Source: Amoebidium appalachense (lineage: Eukaryota > Protista > Ichthyosporea). Taken from it: a stretch of 64,000 bases of DNA. The position numbers and the translations under genes were made by a program. The notes under the pieces were generated by a model. The model was not told where the DNA came from, ran no database searches, and was given only the letters and a program-made list of their open reading frames with translations. Positions within the stretch are counted from its first letter, which is position 1; each line of letters starts with the position of its first letter. Shown here in pieces: positions 61,078 to 64,000 of this stretch. The stretch is taken from contig CAVNZM010000003.1 in the NCBI GenBank assembly GCA_963693365.1, positions 10,012,101-10,076,100 on the forward strand. The letters run 5' to 3'.

Positions 61078-64000
61078 GGTGGAAAACGGAACGAAAAACT
61101 GTGTCTGTTTCCACACAGAAACGACGAACAAGGAATGAATGGGGGTGCCTGCGCTGGACACGGCCTCACTGAGCGCCACGCCGCATCAACTCCGAGTTTT
61201 GCCTCCCAAAGCATGCCGCAAAAGCCTATCGGTTTAAAGTCACGTATGTCATTCACCGATTACGATCGAGTGCTTTTTTGGAATGGCTGGCCTTGAGCGT
61301 TTTTCATTGTTATCATTCGTGTGGCGAAAAAAATCTATAACCAGAGCTGCGTATAAGAGAATAAATTACAGAAGTTCTAACAAATTGTTAATATCTCTTT
61401 TTTCCTTACAATAAATCAGGCTCTTTAGATATTCATTGGTGGCTCATTCGTGAGTTGCGTGTCATGGTGGACGGTTGGAACTGTTACGAGTCGGTGATTC
61501 ATGCGTTTGACATTATTTGTAACGTCATTTGATTGGTTCAATAAACGAAACAAAGCAAGGACAATTTGAAATTGGCGCCCTATTGGTTTGAGGACGTTTG
61601 AATGATTGGCGCAAGACGAAATCCTTTGGTCTGAAAAAGGAAATCCATTTGGCCAATCCGAAACAACATGACATGTCAACATTCCTGGATTTTCGAGCAC
61701 GAAAATGTTATCTATATGCTATCCCGGTTCGATTGGTTACGAACTGAATATTTCTAATTCTAACTAAAAGCGCGCAAATACAATTCTATACAGCAACATA
61801 TATTATTATCATGATAAGGCTCAGGCAGATAATCGCAAAAACGCTTTTATTCAAATTTGTGTTGAAAATATCCTGCAGAGATTGGAATGTCGCTGACCAG
61901 CTATCGCCGACTGCCATTGCAGACATAATGAGTTATCAATGTAAATTACAATAAATGCTGTAAAGAAATAAATGGATAGGTTCACACATTCTAAGATAGT
62001 TACCCAATCGGAGAGCGCTGTAATCATAGGGCGAAACGATTGGCTCGCATGGCGACTAAGGAGTCCCACTAAACTCCTCGTTGTAGGTGGTCGTGTCAGA
62101 TCACTAAATTCACTTATTCCCAGGAACAATAACACGACTGCATTTTGCTATATATATATAGCAGAGTAAAAAAAAGGCTAACTTACATGTTTTTTAGCAC
62201 CAAAAACCGTTTTTTTATGATGTTACAGTTCTAAATAAATTTGCTTGATGGATTTTTTAATGGGAAATAAAATATATTCCCGAGATCCATTTTCAACACA
62301 CCCCTCATTCTAAGGTCTCGGGGGTCAACAAGAGTCGCCATTCGAAAAACGGTTTTTGAAGAACGTTTGTGACTTTGTCACAGACTGTGTACATAGGCTA
62401 TTCATTATACAGATTATTACGGGGGAAATGTGCTAATATAAGACTTTCAGTGGATGGAAACCAGCGACTGAGCCACACCGGGGTATTGAGTGTTATGCCA
62501 TGAACAAACCCTGAAAAACATGAAGTCGACATCTGCGATGCTCCGCCAGAGCCACGTGTACAACATAACCATATACTGTAGCTGCCCCAAAACTATTAGT
62601 GTGTCCAGAACACCCACGTCGAAAGGCTATACTAGGCATACACCCCTGGGAACATACACCCCCGGGAACTGTCTTCTGTTAGCAAACTCTTGTTTTTCAT
62701 TGATTGGTGCTACAGATTTTACATGATAAATTGGTGCAGCGCAGTAGTAGCATGGAAATCTATTCGTTTGAAATCTGCACATGTTTGATTGAGGGTGTTC
62801 GTCTCGGGCCTTGCAGAAGGTCGATGCTCATGTTATCCCGCGCTGAATGGACCTACTTTTAGAAGCACAGCTGTCTCTTTTATATGGTAAAGCAGTGGTG
62901 AATGGTCGCCGAATTCATAGACTTTCTTGAGCCATAGATCTCGTGCATGCTGAGCCCTATGAATAGAACATTTTATGGGCAATTTGGATTAGAAGTCTAA
63001 CGCACATGCCGAATCGGGTAACGATGGCCCCATCATGAGCTATCTTCTCTATTTCTTTCTGTATGTGATGACCTCTCTCCCTCCCCCCTCCCCTCCCCCT
63101 CCCTCCCCCCCCTTCCTCTCCCCAATTGTGTCCGCACTGTGTGTCTCATCGTGTAGATGTCCTTCGTGCCTGATATGACTTGCCAGGACGTACACATGCT
63201 GCAAACAAAGACTGCATGAGTTAAGTTCGCCACTGCTGTTTCATGTCTTTTTTAATGACCTTTTTTCCAATCACAAAAAGAAACCCCACGGCTAAGACTT
63301 GACTTTGTGATTCTGAGCAAGTGCTGTAAACTGTTACCTTTACTAATTGTGTGAGATGCTTGAAGATAGAATTGATGTACACCTCACTTCCCCTATGGCC
63401 TCTTCGTATTTAAGGAGGGGGTAGCAGCAACTTTGAGGGTAACCGTTGGGAACCATCCGCCCCCTCTTTGGACGGGTGCCCTCTTCCCCTTCCCCCCCCC
63501 CCCCCCCCCTCCCGTCTTTCTCGAGGGGCCCACTCACAGCTCTGGGGGGAGGGGGAGAGGGGCGGGAAGGGGGTTCCCACTTAGAGGGTGGGGGGCAATC
63601 ATCAGGTGGGCCCACCCACCACCTCCGGATCGTTGGATTTAGCCTTCCCGCGTATCCAGCTGCATGCACACGCATAGAGGTATACCGCTCGTCTATACAT
63701 GCACAAGCTTGCTTCACACCCCTGCTCACCTCATCCTTAGCCCCTCCCCTCCCCCCCCCCGCCCCTCCTTCTTCCCCCCCTTCCCCCTCCCCTCCTCCAG
63801 TCAGACTGTCTGTTATTCCACCTTTCCCCAACTGGTGTGATTGTGCCACGTGTGGCAAAATATTATCCAGTAGCCCATAGGGTGGGAGTATGGCGCTCCA
63901 GTTCACTTGTAACACGCGCATATGGTTGCAAGGTGCACAAGAGACACATATCTCCCCCCGAATTTGGGAGTTGAGGGGGAGGGGGGGGGGTGGGGGGATT

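Overview
Intron-rich, low-complexity eukaryotic (opisthokont-like; early-diverging fungus or unicellular holozoan, not determinable here) genomic DNA with very dense poly-G/poly-C tracts and (CA)n/(GA)n microsatellites; most of the ORF track is repeat noise. 1-9.7 kb is a transposon nest: an apparently intact tyrosine-recombinase retrotransposon (DIRS order, PAT-like: RT-RNaseH-MTase overlapped by a single gag-YR frame), a decayed THAP/DDE (ISL2EU/Harbinger-like) transposase facing an intronless EXO1/XPG-like nuclease, and a multi-AP2 ORF running into a LINE-like C-terminus. Three host genes can be reconstructed from exons: a class C-like GPCR with a solute-binding-protein ectodomain (minus, 16.3-27.8 kb; an intact paralogous last exon sits inverted next to it at 14.1 kb), verprolin/WIP (plus, 34.3-48.6 kb) and SDH1 (minus, 51.4-61.1 kb). 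Two tRNA-Leu(CAG), a tRNA-Asp-like relic and two MITEs are present. The most striking unexplained signal is an intronic repeat family (5 copies, 2 subfamilies, always sense to the host gene and abutting C-tracts) whose shared ~160-nt core shows compensatory base changes supporting a kink-turn, a pseudoknot and a palindromic hairpin loop. All calls are by eye; exon boundaries are approximate unless stated.
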